This document shows, one piece after another, positions 7,682-17,287 of a stretch of DNA of 64,000 bases. The notes beneath the pieces were generated by a model, which saw nothing but the letters and a program-made list of their open reading frames with translations, was not told the DNA's origin and searched no databases. Every line of letters starts with the position of its first letter. Position 1 is the stretch's first letter. The stretch is from Kiritimatiellia bacterium (GTDB lineage: Bacteria > Verrucomicrobiota > Kiritimatiellia > RFP12 > UBA1067), in the NCBI GenBank assembly GCA_050949565.1, contig JBMNFY010000008.1, positions 224,001 through 288,000 on the forward strand. The letters are read 5' to 3'. The translations under genes were made by a program, and so were the position numbers.

Positions 7682-10535
7682 ACCTAATCCGCTCCCGCCT
7701 TCTCACAAGCCACACAATCGGCAGAGCCGCCATCACGACACACAGCGCGAGGGCGAAGCAGACGCCCCGCAGAATGATCCGCCACGGCACGCTCAGCGAA
7801 ACCGGCAGACCGCCGAAGATGAACCAGGCGCGTGTCCAGCCGGTGAAGGTCCAACCGATGCAAAAGCCTGAAAGCAGGCTCAGCACGATGCCGCACAGAC
7901 CGACCAGCAACGCCTCCCCGAGCAACATGCGCCCCAGTTGGCTGCACGTCATGCCAACCGCGCGCATCACGGCGATCTCTTTGGCCGAGGCTTGAAAAGA
8001 GGCGATCAACAGCGTAATGAAACCGGTCGAGAGCACGAGCAACGACCAGAACGGCGCGCGCGCCATGTCGCCGATCAGTTGCGCACCATGCGCGATCGTA
8101 CCGTCTTCGATCTCATCGCGGTGATGCACGCAGACCGTGTTCGCTTCGTCGATATCCAGCGCGTTGCGGATATCCGCCTCCAGCAACTGGCTCCCCTGCA
8201 ACGCCCCCATGCTGCGGTACTCCTTGCTGAGGTTGAGCCACAAAAAATACGTCGTGTCGGTGTTGCCGGTCAGACGACGCGCATCGCGCTCGCTCACGAA
8301 CACAGGCCCCATTGTCATGCCCGACATGCCGTTGCGCCCGCGAAGCCGGGCGCGCGCCGTGACCAAGTGCCAGTTCAAATCCGTCACGCCCACGATCTTG
8401 AAGGCCATCTCCTGAGCCGCTCCGTCCGCCCCGTCCGCGCCGCGCCCGCTCTGCGCCGGCGGACATTTGAGGGTCTTGTCCCCCCCCTTGCTTACAGGTG
8501 TGGCACGGGCATCTTGCCCGTGTTTCATGGGCGGGACGCCCATGCCACGAGGGGCTTTGCAAGAACCTCGCTTGACAATCGTCAGCGTGTCCCCCGCATG
8601 CAGACCGGTTTCGCGTGAAAACATCTTCGTGATTACGCACACCCCACCCTCCGCCATCGCCGCTGCCGCCGCCTGCCGGTCGCCTTCCACAAACCGGAAC
8701 GGTGCCAGCGGTCGCTCCCCGCCGAACGCCGCTTGCGGATCGGTGCCCATCAGCAGCACGTTGGGGCTCTCCGGCAACCGACCCGACACACGCACGACCT
8801 GTGCGGTCAAAGCCTCGGAGAGGTCGAACTGCGCAGCTTCCAGCGCGAGACAGCGACCGCCCTCGACCCCCTTCAACCGCGACACGCCATGGGCCGCTGA
8901 GGCCGGTACGCCATTCGGCAGGATCGAAACAATCGCATCCGGAAATTCATGACTGGGGATAAACGGCGCCATCATCGAACCGCCCCAGATATGGATCGAC
9001 ACAAAGGCACCCAGCCCGACCGCCAACGTGAGCACCATGCCTGCCGTCCGCGAGAAGTGCCGACTGATGCGCCGTCGCAGCAAGTGCGGATCAAGCGCCA
9101 GCATCGCACTCACCGCAGGCGCGGCCGCCCGTTCCATGAGAGAGACAAAACTCGGCAGCACCAGCAACAACCCGAGCACATGCAACGGCAACCCCAGCGC
9201 GAGCAGCAGCACACTGCGCGTCATCGCCGTGATGGGCATCGGCAGCACAAGAACCAGCATCGGAAAGAGCAGGATGAAACCGAGAAGCGATCGTCGCCAC
9301 GAGATCGGTTTGGGCTCATCCTCCTGCTCGGCCAGCGCGTCCAACGGCTTGATGCGCACCGCATGTCGGCACGGCCAAATCAGACTGACCGCAGCCACCA
9401 GCGCCACACCGATCAACGACGAGACCGGCGTCACCCATCCCACGATCACGCCCGCCGGAAACGCATCCGGTGTCCGGGCGACAAATGCCGCGAGAATCAT
9501 CCATCCCGCCGCGAGTCCGACAATCCAGCCCGCGAACGCAACAACCGCGCCCTCCAGCATCACCACCTGCGACACCTGTTTCGCCGTCATACCGGCCGCG
9601 CGCAGCAAGGCCAATACACGCCGCTTCTGCTCGACGCCAATGGTCAGGGCATTGACCAACATGCAGAGCGCCGTCAGGATCGAGAGCGTGAGCAGCAGCG
9701 GTGCCTGCCGCTTGAAGTTCTGTAGCTTGTCACTGGAATACCCCGCCTCCACATCCTTCCGCTCCAGCACCTTATATACCGGCTCCGCCACCGCCTTCAC
9801 ACCCTTGGTATCCGCTCCGTCGCGCAACTTGCAGAGCAGCAGATCGGGCGCCGGATCATAGGTGCCGCCGGACGCCTGCCGCATCGCGCCCAGCGTCACA
9901 AAGGATGTCGGGAACCCCGGCAACGCTTCCTTGAAATCAACGTACGCCGTGATCTTCACCTCCACCGTGCCGGACGGCGTGATCAGCGTCAGCATCGATC
10001 CCAACGGCGGCGGCGTCAGACGGCGCGGCGTGAACACCGCCGTGCAGACCGCCGCTTCCAACGCTTCGCTGGCCGGATCGGGCCAACGCCCCGTGACGGT
10101 GGCCTCGGCATACGGACACCCCGATGTCGCGGCCAAGGTCAGAACCGACACCAGCGGCGGCCCCTGCAGGATGCGTCCGCCGGGACGGTAATCCAGCACC
10201 GTGCGGATCGTCTTGTAGGGGGTCGCCACTTCGACCTCCGGCAGCGCCTGAACGGCCGACACCAGATCCGGCGGCAACGGCTGCGCGACCGACGACCGTC
10301 CCACTTGCCGCATCATCGTTTTGCGGTCCGGCCGGACACCCACATGGCCGGCCGACACCCAGCAGGTGTAGGGCGCCGTCATGCGCCGCACCCGCTCCCG
10401 GCTCTGTCCCGCCGAGGTCACGACAAGCCCCAGCGACCAGACAAAGAGCCCCGTCGCCGCCGCCACGCCGAGCGCGGCGGTGCCCAGCCGTATCTTCTCG
10501 TACCGCAGGCTCTTGAGCACCAGTTTGAGGATCAT
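7677..10535 (-). CDS. ABC transporter permease, FtsX/MacB type (duplicated), carrying an in-frame MITE
   Basis: Two FtsX-like TM blocks (LALLRAAGMT..QV; IAVMRAVGMT..QL); coupled to the upstream ATPase. Confidence 0.9.
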   Translation of the reverse strand: MILKLVLKSLRYEKIRLGTAALGVAAATGLFVWSLGLVVTSAGQSRERVRRMTAPYTCWVSAGHVGVRPDRKTMMRQVGRSSVAQPLPPDLVSAVQALPEVEVATPYKTIRTVLDYRPGGRILQGPPLVSVLTLAATSGCPYAEATVTGRWPDPASEALEAAVCTAVFTPRRLTPPPLGSMLTLITPSGTVEVKITAYVDFKEALPGFPTSFVTLGAMRQASGGTYDPAPDLLLCKLRDGADTKGVKAVAEPVYKVLERKDVEAGYSSDKLQNFKRQAPLLLTLSILTALCMLVNALTIGVEQKRRVLALLRAAGMTAKQVSQVVMLEGAVVAFAGWIVGLAAGWMILAAFVARTPDAFPAGVIVGWVTPVSSLIGVALVAAVSLIWPCRHAVRIKPLDALAEQEDEPKPISWRRSLLGFILLFPMLVLVLPMPITAMTRSVLLLALGLPLHVLGLLLVLPSFVSLMERAAAPAVSAMLALDPHLLRRRISRHFSRTAGMVLTLAVGLGAFVSIHIWGGSMMAPFIPSHEFPDAIVSILPNGVPASAAHGVSRLKGVEGGRCLALEAAQFDLSEALTAQVVRVSGRLPESPNVLLMGTDPQAAFGGERPLAPFRFVEGDRQAAAAAMAEGGVCVITKMFSRETGLHAGDTLTIVKRGSCKAPRGMGVPPMKHGQDARATPVSKGGDKTLKCPPAQSGRGADGADGAAQEMAFKIVGVTDLNWHLVTARARLRGRNGMSGMTMGPVFVSERDARRLTGNTDTTYFLWLNLSKEYRSMGALQGSQLLEADIRNALDIDEANTVCVHHRDEIEDGTIAHGAQLIGDMARAPFWSLLVLSTGFITLLIASFQASAKEIAVMRAVGMTCSQLGRMLLGEALLVGLCGIVLSLLSGFCIGWTFTGWTRAWFIFGGLPVSLSVPWRIILRGVCFALALCVVMAALPIVWLVRRRERIRF
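8469..8569 (+). mobile_element. 101-bp MITE read in frame (antisense) inside the permease
   Basis: GAGGGTCTTG...GCAAGAACCTC; translated as RGSCKAPRGMGVPPMKHGQDARATPVSKGGDKTL. Confidence 0.92.
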
Positions 10536-11284
10536 GGGCGCATCGTCTCCAGATAGCGGTCAGAGACACGCGCCGCATCATGTCCCGTTTCAAAGGTATC
10601 GACAAAGCGTCCGTCCTTCAACAGGTGGACGCGCTTTGCCGCCGCCGCCACCACCGGATCATGGCTCACCATCAAGATGGTACACCCCACCTCGTCATTC
10701 ATCTCGCGCAGCAACTCGCAGAACGCCCGACCTGCCGGCGAATCCAGATTGCCGGTCGGCTCGTCGGCCAAAACGATGTCCGGCTTCATCACCAGTGCGC
10801 GCGCGATCGCCACGCGCTGCCGTTCGCCGCCGCTTAGTTTCGACGGGATATGCGAGCGGCGTTGCGTCAAGCCGAATCGCGCAAGCAGCGCATCGATATG
10901 CGCGGCATCCGGGCGTTGACGGTCGAGCAACAGCGGCAGGGCGATATTCTCCTCGGCTGTCAGCGTCGGAATCAGATTAAAGTCCTGGAACACCAGACCG
11001 ATGCGGCGGCGGCGAAAACAGGTCACATCGTGATCATTCATTGTGCTGATCGACACCCCGCCCACGCGGATATCGCCGTCATCCGCCGCGACCAGTCCCG
11101 CCAGCAGATGTAGCAGCGTACTCTTCCCCGAGCCGCTGGGCCCCATCACAGCGTCAAACGCCCCGCGCGCCAGCGTCAGGTCCACCTCGCTAAGCACCTG
11201 CACCCGATTGGCACCGTCGCCAAAACTCTTACTAAGCCCCTTGACCTGGAGCGCCGCTTCCTGTCCATCCGCCATCACACCCAC
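10532..11284 (-). CDS. ABC transporter ATP-binding protein (LolD/MacB-like)
   Basis: Walker [33 protein letters not shown]; start may be a few codons downstream. Confidence 0.95.
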   Translation of the reverse strand: MGVMADGQEAALQVKGLSKSFGDGANRVQVLSEVDLTLARGAFDAVMGPSGSGKSTLLHLLAGLVAADDGDIRVGGVSISTMNDHDVTCFRRRRIGLVFQDFNLIPTLTAEENIALPLLLDRQRPDAAHIDALLARFGLTQRRSHIPSKLSGGERQRVAIARALVMKPDIVLADEPTGNLDSPAGRAFCELLREMNDEVGCTILMVSHDPVVAAAAKRVHLLKDGRFVDTFETGHDAARVSDRYLETMRP

Positions 11285-11364
11285 CTGCCGTTTTCAATCC
11301 TGCGAGCCTCAGCTCGCACTTGTATACAGTGTAAACGATCCAGTAACGCGCCCGGTTCAGAGTG

Positions 11365-11730
11365 ATCCTCACACAAAGGCACAAAGTCCACAAAGGTTTT
11401 TTTGGGGGGAGCGGTGCTCGGTTTTTTATCCACAGATGGGCACAGATGACGCAGATTTTTGGGGGAAGGCAGTGCTGACCGCGAGTCGCAAGTCGCGGGT
11501 CGCGAGTCAACCTCTCTTATTGCGACCACCCAGTGGTCGCAATGATGAGTGTAAAAGCACACTGCTCGGCTGTTTCACGCGAAGGCGCGAAGACGCGAAG
11601 ATTGGAGGGCGAGTGTCCCCACGAGCCGCCTTCCGCCATGCGGAAGGATAAGGATAGTTTCAGGTCTCATTGCGACGCGCCGGGAGGGACAAGTGTCACT
11701 TGTCCGGGCGGCGGTCACGCCGCCACTTCT
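11365..11730. repeat. Mosaic array: triads (CACAAAG, CACAGAT, CGCGAAG), GTCGCGA heptamers, TTGCGACCAC..GTGGTCGCAA hairpin, GGAG-REPs
   Basis: Modules at ~11368, ~11428, ~11480, ~11519, ~11574, 11604-11627 and 11683-11727. Confidence 0.85.
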
Positions 11731-11849
11731 GGCGTGAGTAGAGAGTGAATCGTACATAAAACCCAAGGAGATGCTGCTGTGAAAAAACGTCGAACTCCGA
11801 ACAGGCGAAACAGTCGCAGCTAGTGCCTCTCGATTCAAAAAACGGGTGC

Positions 11850-11878
11850 TTGACCATCGCCGTCCGAGCGGCTAACAT
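11850..11878 (+). promoter_or_regulatory. Putative sigma70 promoter for the R-M operon
   Basis: TTGACC-N17-TAACAT. Confidence 0.45.
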
Positions 11879-11978
11879 GACCACGTAACTAGGGGCTTCT
11901 TGTCTTCGTGGGGCAGGTTTATAGCCCGTTGGACGCAAAGGGACTCGGAACGGCACTCGTAGAATACTACAGTGTGGC

Positions 11979-13322
11979 TTGATGATGATGAACGATATAT
12001 CCATGTCAAGAAGCTTGATTTATGATCGTAGCCGACACGCAGCAGTGCGTACTACCGACTTCGTCTTTAACCAGTTGATCCCATACATTGGGAACAAGCG
12101 TAAGTTGCTTGACCTTATCATACGGGCACTGAAGCACACCACGAAGTCCGAGGCTCCGACTTTCCTGGACATCTTCGCGGGCAGTGGTGTCGTCTCACGC
12201 CTTGCCAAAACCTTGGGGTACCGTGTCATAGCAAACGACTGGGAGCCCTATGCAAAAGTGATAAACGGCTGCTATATCAGAAACAACACCGCCCCCGCTT
12301 TCAAGGCACTTGGGGGATACGAGAAGGCTCTGACCCGCCTCAATAGCTTGCCTCCCCGTGTTGACTGGATCACCGATCACCTCTGCCCGCGAGATGATGA
12401 AAACTACGACATCAAGGTTGATCGCATGTTCTATATGCGCAAGAACGGTATGCGGATTGATGCAATCCGCCACCAGATTCTTGAGTGGTACGCCTCCGGT
12501 GTCATCGACGATAGGGAGCAGGACTGCCTGCTCGCCCCCTTGCTCTATCAGGCATGTTATACGAGTAACACCAGCGGAGTGTTCAAGGGCTTCCACAATG
12601 GATGGGGGGGACAGACTAAGACGGCTCTTTACCGCATAGCAGGTGACCTGTACCTTACTCCGGCAATGTTCTTCGACAATGGCTACAACAACCAAGTGCT
12701 TTGCGACGACGCGCAACGTGTCGCCGAAAACATGCGTTCCAACGAACTTGATGTCGTGTATCTTGATCCGCCGTACAACCAACATCCCTACGGCAGCAAC
12801 TACCATGTGTTAAATACCGTTGCTCTGTGGGACAAACCTGAACTGAGCAAGACGATCACCCCCGGCACAAAGTCAGCAATACGATTGGACTGGAGAACCG
12901 AACGGCGCAGCGCGTACAACCACGTTGACGAGGCGGCAAAAGCCTATGCAAAGCTTATGCAGACACTCAACGCACGCTTCATTCTGACTAGCTACAGCAC
13001 GGATGGCTTCATTCCTCTGGAGAAGTTGTTGGAAGCCAACATCAATCGCGGGCACGTCCGCATCGAGATGAAGGGTTACAAGCGATATCGCGTAAGTTCG
13101 CAACGGTTCTCCAATAAGCCAATGAACGTCGAGTTTGTGGTGGTGCTGGACACACACAGGGCATCCGACGTCTCGGTTGATGCACTCCATCACTCGATCA
13201 CAGCGAAGGAAAAATCTGTGCTGTGCGGGCACAGGGAATATGCGATCTACAAGCAGGAACAGCTTAACCTTTTTGAAGGGGTAAGGGAGGAATATGTCGC
13301 GCAAACATCAACTCAGAACTGA
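11979..13322 (+). CDS. N6-adenine DNA methyltransferase, D12/alpha-class motif order
   Basis: YIGNKRKLL, motif I DIFAGSGVVS near the N-terminus, motif IV YLDPPYNQHPY downstream; start uncertain (11979-12003). Confidence 0.9.
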   Translation: MMMMNDISMSRSLIYDRSRHAAVRTTDFVFNQLIPYIGNKRKLLDLIIRALKHTTKSEAPTFLDIFAGSGVVSRLAKTLGYRVIANDWEPYAKVINGCYIRNNTAPAFKALGGYEKALTRLNSLPPRVDWITDHLCPRDDENYDIKVDRMFYMRKNGMRIDAIRHQILEWYASGVIDDREQDCLLAPLLYQACYTSNTSGVFKGFHNGWGGQTKTALYRIAGDLYLTPAMFFDNGYNNQVLCDDAQRVAENMRSNELDVVYLDPPYNQHPYGSNYHVLNTVALWDKPELSKTITPGTKSAIRLDWRTERRSAYNHVDEAAKAYAKLMQTLNARFILTSYSTDGFIPLEKLLEANINRGHVRIEMKGYKRYRVSSQRFSNKPMNVEFVVVLDTHRASDVSVDALHHSITAKEKSVLCGHREYAIYKQEQLNLFEGVREEYVAQTSTQN

Positions 13323-14016
13323 TCGAGCGATCAAGTCGCCTGTCATCAACGTAACCTCCAAGCGACAGGAAAAGGAAATCGTTAGCGCTCTTACCCGCTT
13401 GATTCAACACCTTCAGAACAAATACGGGAAGCAAATAGACTTCGTCCACTCGTGGGAATGGAAACTCAAAGACATCACAAGGGAACTGAGAGAGTCCTAT
13501 CCCGGCGTTGACTTTCACCACCACTTCGATTCTTCGTCAATGGCTCCCGATGGCGGAATTCTTTGTTTGAAGGGAAAGCCTGAGGACAAGTTTATTTACC
13601 CGATTGTTATATCGGAGGTTAAAAATCAGGGTACAAATGACCTACGGCTCAAAGAAGGTAAAAAGAAGCAGGCCAAGGGTAACGCCATTGAACGACTCGG
13701 TAAAAACGTCATCGGTTTTCGTACCGCCCTCATGCGAGAGAGTATTTTCCCGTTCGTATGCTTCGGCTATGGCTGCGACTTTGCCCCTGACTCATCGATA
13801 CTTGATCGCGTTACGACAATCGCAATGTTTGGAAAGCTGAATAAGACATACCTTTACAACGAGGAGCAGGGCAAGTTTAATCGCGGCAGTTTCTATTTTC
13901 GCGAGAAGAAATGGTCTGTTGACGAAATGTTCGAGATCATGAAAGACATCGCCGAACGCTCTGTGCTCTACTATTTCTCAAAATACACGGAAGCGCACTT
14001 CTTAGAACCCGACTAA
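13294..14016 (+). CDS. EcoRI-family type II restriction endonuclease
   Basis: PDGG..EVKNQG..GNAIERLGKN matches the EcoRI PDGG/EAKHQG/GNAIERSHKN motifs; overlaps the MTase end; RBS GGGAGG. Confidence 0.88.
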   Translation: MSRKHQLRTDRAIKSPVINVTSKRQEKEIVSALTRLIQHLQNKYGKQIDFVHSWEWKLKDITRELRESYPGVDFHHHFDSSSMAPDGGILCLKGKPEDKFIYPIVISEVKNQGTNDLRLKEGKKKQAKGNAIERLGKNVIGFRTALMRESIFPFVCFGYGCDFAPDSSILDRVTTIAMFGKLNKTYLYNEEQGKFNRGSFYFREKKWSVDEMFEIMKDIAERSVLYYFSKYTEAHFLEPD

Positions 14017-14138
14017 TCCTCCAATAACGGGAGCCATTTTTTAATGACAAATCAAATATCGATCAGCCTGTTAGGAGAAATAGGACAATGCACATCCATT
14101 TTGATCAAACTTGCGAAGCACCGGAAAGGAGCAAGACC

Positions 14139-14348
14139 ATGGCAGCCTATGGAACATTCAGAGTGACGGACAAGAAGTGCGCGACGTGCAACTACTACCA
14201 GGGTGCGCGGCGGTTCGGCATGCAGGCCAACAAGCCGTATTACGTCTATGCCGCCGCCGGCACCACGCCCTGCCTTGCCAATCCCAACCGCAAGGTGACG
14301 GCGAACAGCCGGTGCCTGTCATGGCAGAAATGGGTCAGCATCCCGTGA
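14139..14348 (+). CDS. Small Cys-containing hypothetical protein (CxxC..C..C)
   Basis: RBS AAGGAG; MAAYGTFRVTDKKCATCNYYQG...PCLAN...RCLSWQKW. Confidence 0.65.
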   Translation: MAAYGTFRVTDKKCATCNYYQGARRFGMQANKPYYVYAAAGTTPCLANPNRKVTANSRCLSWQKWVSIP

Positions 14349-14620
14349 TTGAACGTCGAACACAGAACATCGAACGCCCAACTCAGAACGTGAAACCATG
14401 AAACACATGAAACTTCATGAAAATCATGGCGATCTTGGCGTCTTGGCGGTTTAAAAAGCCGAGCCCTGCCTTTCCGTGTGTTCAGTGTATTCCGTGGTTA
14501 AACAAACCCGATCCATGCCCCCCAAAAAAACTCCGTGTCCTCTGTGCCTCTGTGAGAGCAGCGCAAATCTCAAATCCCAAATCTCAAATCCTTAGTGCCC
14601 TTGGTGCCTTTGTGTGAGAA
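14349..14620. repeat. Mosaic array of heptamer tracts and five triad modules
   Basis: GAAC heptamers 14350-14392; CATGAAA triad (+); CGCCAAG, CACGGAA, CACAGAG and CACAAAG triads (-); CAAATCT tract ~14563-14591. Confidence 0.85.
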
Positions 14621-14638
14621 AAACTACGAGGAAAAACG

Positions 14639-14830
14639 ATGGACTCAGTTGTACCGACACCCGAAGAACTGAAGCGGCAAGAAAAACTTATGCGGCGCAT
14701 TCGCGTCGCGGATGATGATGAAATCCACGAAAAGGAACCGCCGACACCACTCCAACAGAAGAAGATCGACAAGGCGTTGCGGGAGATCATCAATGAGACC
14801 ATGGACGATGGAAGTCCAGTGAAGTATTGA
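14639..14830 (+). CDS. Small hypothetical protein between repeat tracts
   Basis: 63-aa ORF with GAGG RBS; the stop runs into a (GTTCAAC)n tract at 14828-14856. Confidence 0.45.
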   Translation: MDSVVPTPEELKRQEKLMRRIRVADDDEIHEKEPPTPLQQKKIDKALREIINETMDDGSPVKY

Positions 14831-14860
14831 ACGTTCAACGTTCAACGTTCAACGCCTATC

Positions 14861-15300
14861 ATGGCACTCACACCCGAACAGATCGAGTCGAAAATCAGGG
14901 ATGTCTGCTATCAGACCGTGAGCCCGCCCTGCAGGGCACCGTCAAAAAGAACCGTAACCGCCGCACGTGGAAGGACGGCAGCGTCTACGTCTCGCCGGAG
15001 CACTACACTTTCGTGTGCCGGGGCGTGAACGGCAAGGAGCGCTGGAAGCGGGTCAACGCAAAGCATCTGCCCGCCGTCTTCGGCGAATACGGCTGGATGG
15101 GAAGCGGGGGCGGCCCGTCCCGTGGCCCGAGTCGTTTTCCTACATCGTCTCCGGCGGGACCATCGATGAGATGACGCCGCTAACCAGGAAGCACGGCGTG
15201 ACGCGCGGCAACGGCACTGCGGAGCGCATGCTCTGCCTCGCCGACGGGGAGTCCGCGCCACCGCAAGACCGCTTAACCTTCAACAAAATAAAATCACGCC
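14861..15300 (+). pseudogene. Decayed ISKra4-like element (small accessory ORF fragment plus DDE transposase fragment)
   Basis: MALTPEQIESKI../PALQGTVKKNRNRR..HYTF..GKERWKRV, then SFSYIVSG..RKHGVTRGNGTAERMLCLADG, resembling the ISKra4 RRG..A...V.LGDGA segment; frameshifted and internally deleted. Confidence 0.55.
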
Positions 15301-15394
15301 CAACGGCATGAAAAAGCGAAAAGCGCCCTTCCCTTGGGGCATCGGTCTTGCTAAACTTGGGCCTCGTAAGTACTTATTTGATGCGAACCTCGCC

Positions 15395-17287
15395 GTGAAT
15401 CTCGACTTCATAGAGCAGCAAGGCTTCGACCTCGTCGAAGCCGTCGACGAAACCAGTCAGACCGTCGTGTGGAAGGCCGTGCAGCGGACCTTGGAACGGA
15501 CGGTCATCCTGCGGATTCTCAAGCCCGAGGCAGCCTCTGATCCTGCCGCCGTTGCGCACTTCCTAAACATCGCCCGGATCGTTTCGCGTATCAAAAGCGA
15601 ATCGCTCGCGGCGATTTTCGATATTGTCAGTAACAAAGGCTTGTACTACATCGTCATGGAACACGTCAACGGGCCGACGCTGGAAGAGGAGGTGAGTGCG
15701 GACGGCCCCCTGCCGTTGGAACGCATCCTGCGCATCGCGGCGTCGCTCATCGTAAGCCTCGATCAGTTGTGGGGGGCGTCGTATATCGTACACCGCAACC
15801 TGAAAAGCTCGACCATCCGGACCTCGCGGCGTGGCGTGTCCAAGATCACCGATTTCAGCCTGGCCATCCAAGCCTCACCCGGCGTCAACGCGACCGCCAT
15901 GGACGAGGGCAACATTGTCGGCACGCCCTGTTTCCTCTCGCCCGAACAAGCTCAAGGCTCACACACACTCACCACGCAGTCGGATATGTATGCGTTGGGA
16001 ATTGTGCTCTACCATCTATCCACCGGCACAGTGCCGTTCGAAAATGAGGATGTGGTCTCCATCCTCGCCGCGCACGTCAAGCGGCAGATCCCGCCGCCGC
16101 ATCATCTGAACCCGGCCCTATCGCCTTCTTTCTCGTGGTTGCTTCACCGCTTGATGATGAAGCACCCGGGCAACCGCTATCCCGACTGGAAGAGTGTCCT
16201 GCAGGACATCCGCCTCTTGCTCGCCGGTAGCCAGCCGAGTTGCGCCCATCCCAACGATGGGTTTCTCAGCACAATTGAGACCTTTGAAGACAACGCCCCC
16301 TCCGCACCAACCGATCAAGAGGACGAGCCGCAGTTCCGGTTCAAGCCTGTCCGCCGCGCCAACCGCCGTCTGGCCACCTACCGCTCCCAAAACATTGAGG
16401 AAGAGCACGCCAGCGACATCCGGCGCGAAACACTGATCAAAGAGTCCCTCTGTTGGCTGGCGCTCCTGCTCTGGCTAGCCACCATCTTTTGGTTTCGTGC
16501 AGTCCGGCAGGCCCCCCCGCAATCCGAAGGTAACACCCGCTCGTCGCAACCCTTGGCACAGGCCCCCGCCGTTCCATCCCAGGCTGCGTCCAATCCGGCG
16601 GACAGTTCCGACGCCGCATCAACGGGCCAGCCGAGGGAGGTGGAGACGCCGGCCGCCGATCCGACCGAACAAGTCGCTTCGGCAACGCCGTCACCCGCGC
16701 CGATCCCGAAAGATCCCGCGCCTGCACCCGCCGACACACCGGCACCTGCGCCCGCGTCCCCTGAGCCCGCAAAGGCAACCGTCCTGCCTTCCGGCATTCC
16801 CGACGCACTCGCGGCCCGGCTGGCTGACGCCTTGGCCGCCGGCTCGCCTGCCGCCGCCCTGCGTGTGCTGCAAGCCGACCCCGCGCGCTTTCAGGAAAAA
16901 GCCCGGCTGGCCGAGTTTCTCGGCGGCGTACCGGAGGTCGATGATCTGGTCACTGAGTTTCTGCGTACGCGGATCGGCAGACCGCTGATCTTAGAGCACA
17001 ATGGCAAGCAACGCACCGTTATCCCGCGCAGCGTCCGGGACGGCGTCATCGGCGTCGAAACCAACGGACGCGGCATCGACATCGCAATCAGTGACCTTAC
17101 AGCCGACGAGAAACTGCGCTGGATAGAGCGCCCCAAAGACACGGCGCGGATCGCAGCCTACTGCTTGGTGCTCATGCACTCATCACGACGCGGAGAGGTC
17201 TCCGCTTATGCGACTGCCTGTCCGCCGTTTGTCGCGCCGCTGATCACCGAAGCGGCGAAGCGCGCAGCGGCTACTGCGCGGCCGTAG
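15395..17287 (+). CDS. Hanks-type Ser/Thr kinase-fold membrane protein, probable pseudokinase
   Basis: YIVMEHVNG, GTPCFLSPEQ and SDMYALG retained; VAIK->VILR, HRD->HRN, DFG->DFS; one TM helix then a Pro/Ala-rich linker; start GTG 15395 (or 15308). Confidence 0.85.
   Translation: MNLDFIEQQGFDLVEAVDETSQTVVWKAVQRTLERTVILRILKPEAASDPAAVAHFLNIARIVSRIKSESLAAIFDIVSNKGLYYIVMEHVNGPTLEEEVSADGPLPLERILRIAASLIVSLDQLWGASYIVHRNLKSSTIRTSRRGVSKITDFSLAIQASPGVNATAMDEGNIVGTPCFLSPEQAQGSHTLTTQSDMYALGIVLYHLSTGTVPFENEDVVSILAAHVKRQIPPPHHLNPALSPSFSWLLHRLMMKHPGNRYPDWKSVLQDIRLLLAGSQPSCAHPNDGFLSTIETFEDNAPSAPTDQEDEPQFRFKPVRRANRRLATYRSQNIEEEHASDIRRETLIKESLCWLALLLWLATIFWFRAVRQAPPQSEGNTRSSQPLAQAPAVPSQAASNPADSSDAASTGQPREVETPAADPTEQVASATPSPAPIPKDPAPAPADTPAPAPASPEPAKATVLPSGIPDALAARLADALAAGSPAAALRVLQADPARFQEKARLAEFLGGVPEVDDLVTEFLRTRIGRPLILEHNGKQRTVIPRSVRDGVIGVETNGRGIDIAISDLTADEKLRWIERPKDTARIAAYCLVLMHSSRRGEVSAYATACPPFVAPLITEAAKRAAATARP

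Noticed and set aside
11426-11434. Perfect DnaA box TTATCCACA (and a 1-mismatch box near 18392)
   Set aside because: Isolated; the first is part of a CACAGAT triad leader; no oriC context.
16560-16790. Low-complexity repeats in the pseudokinase gene
   Set aside because: Ordinary Pro/Ala-rich linker codons.
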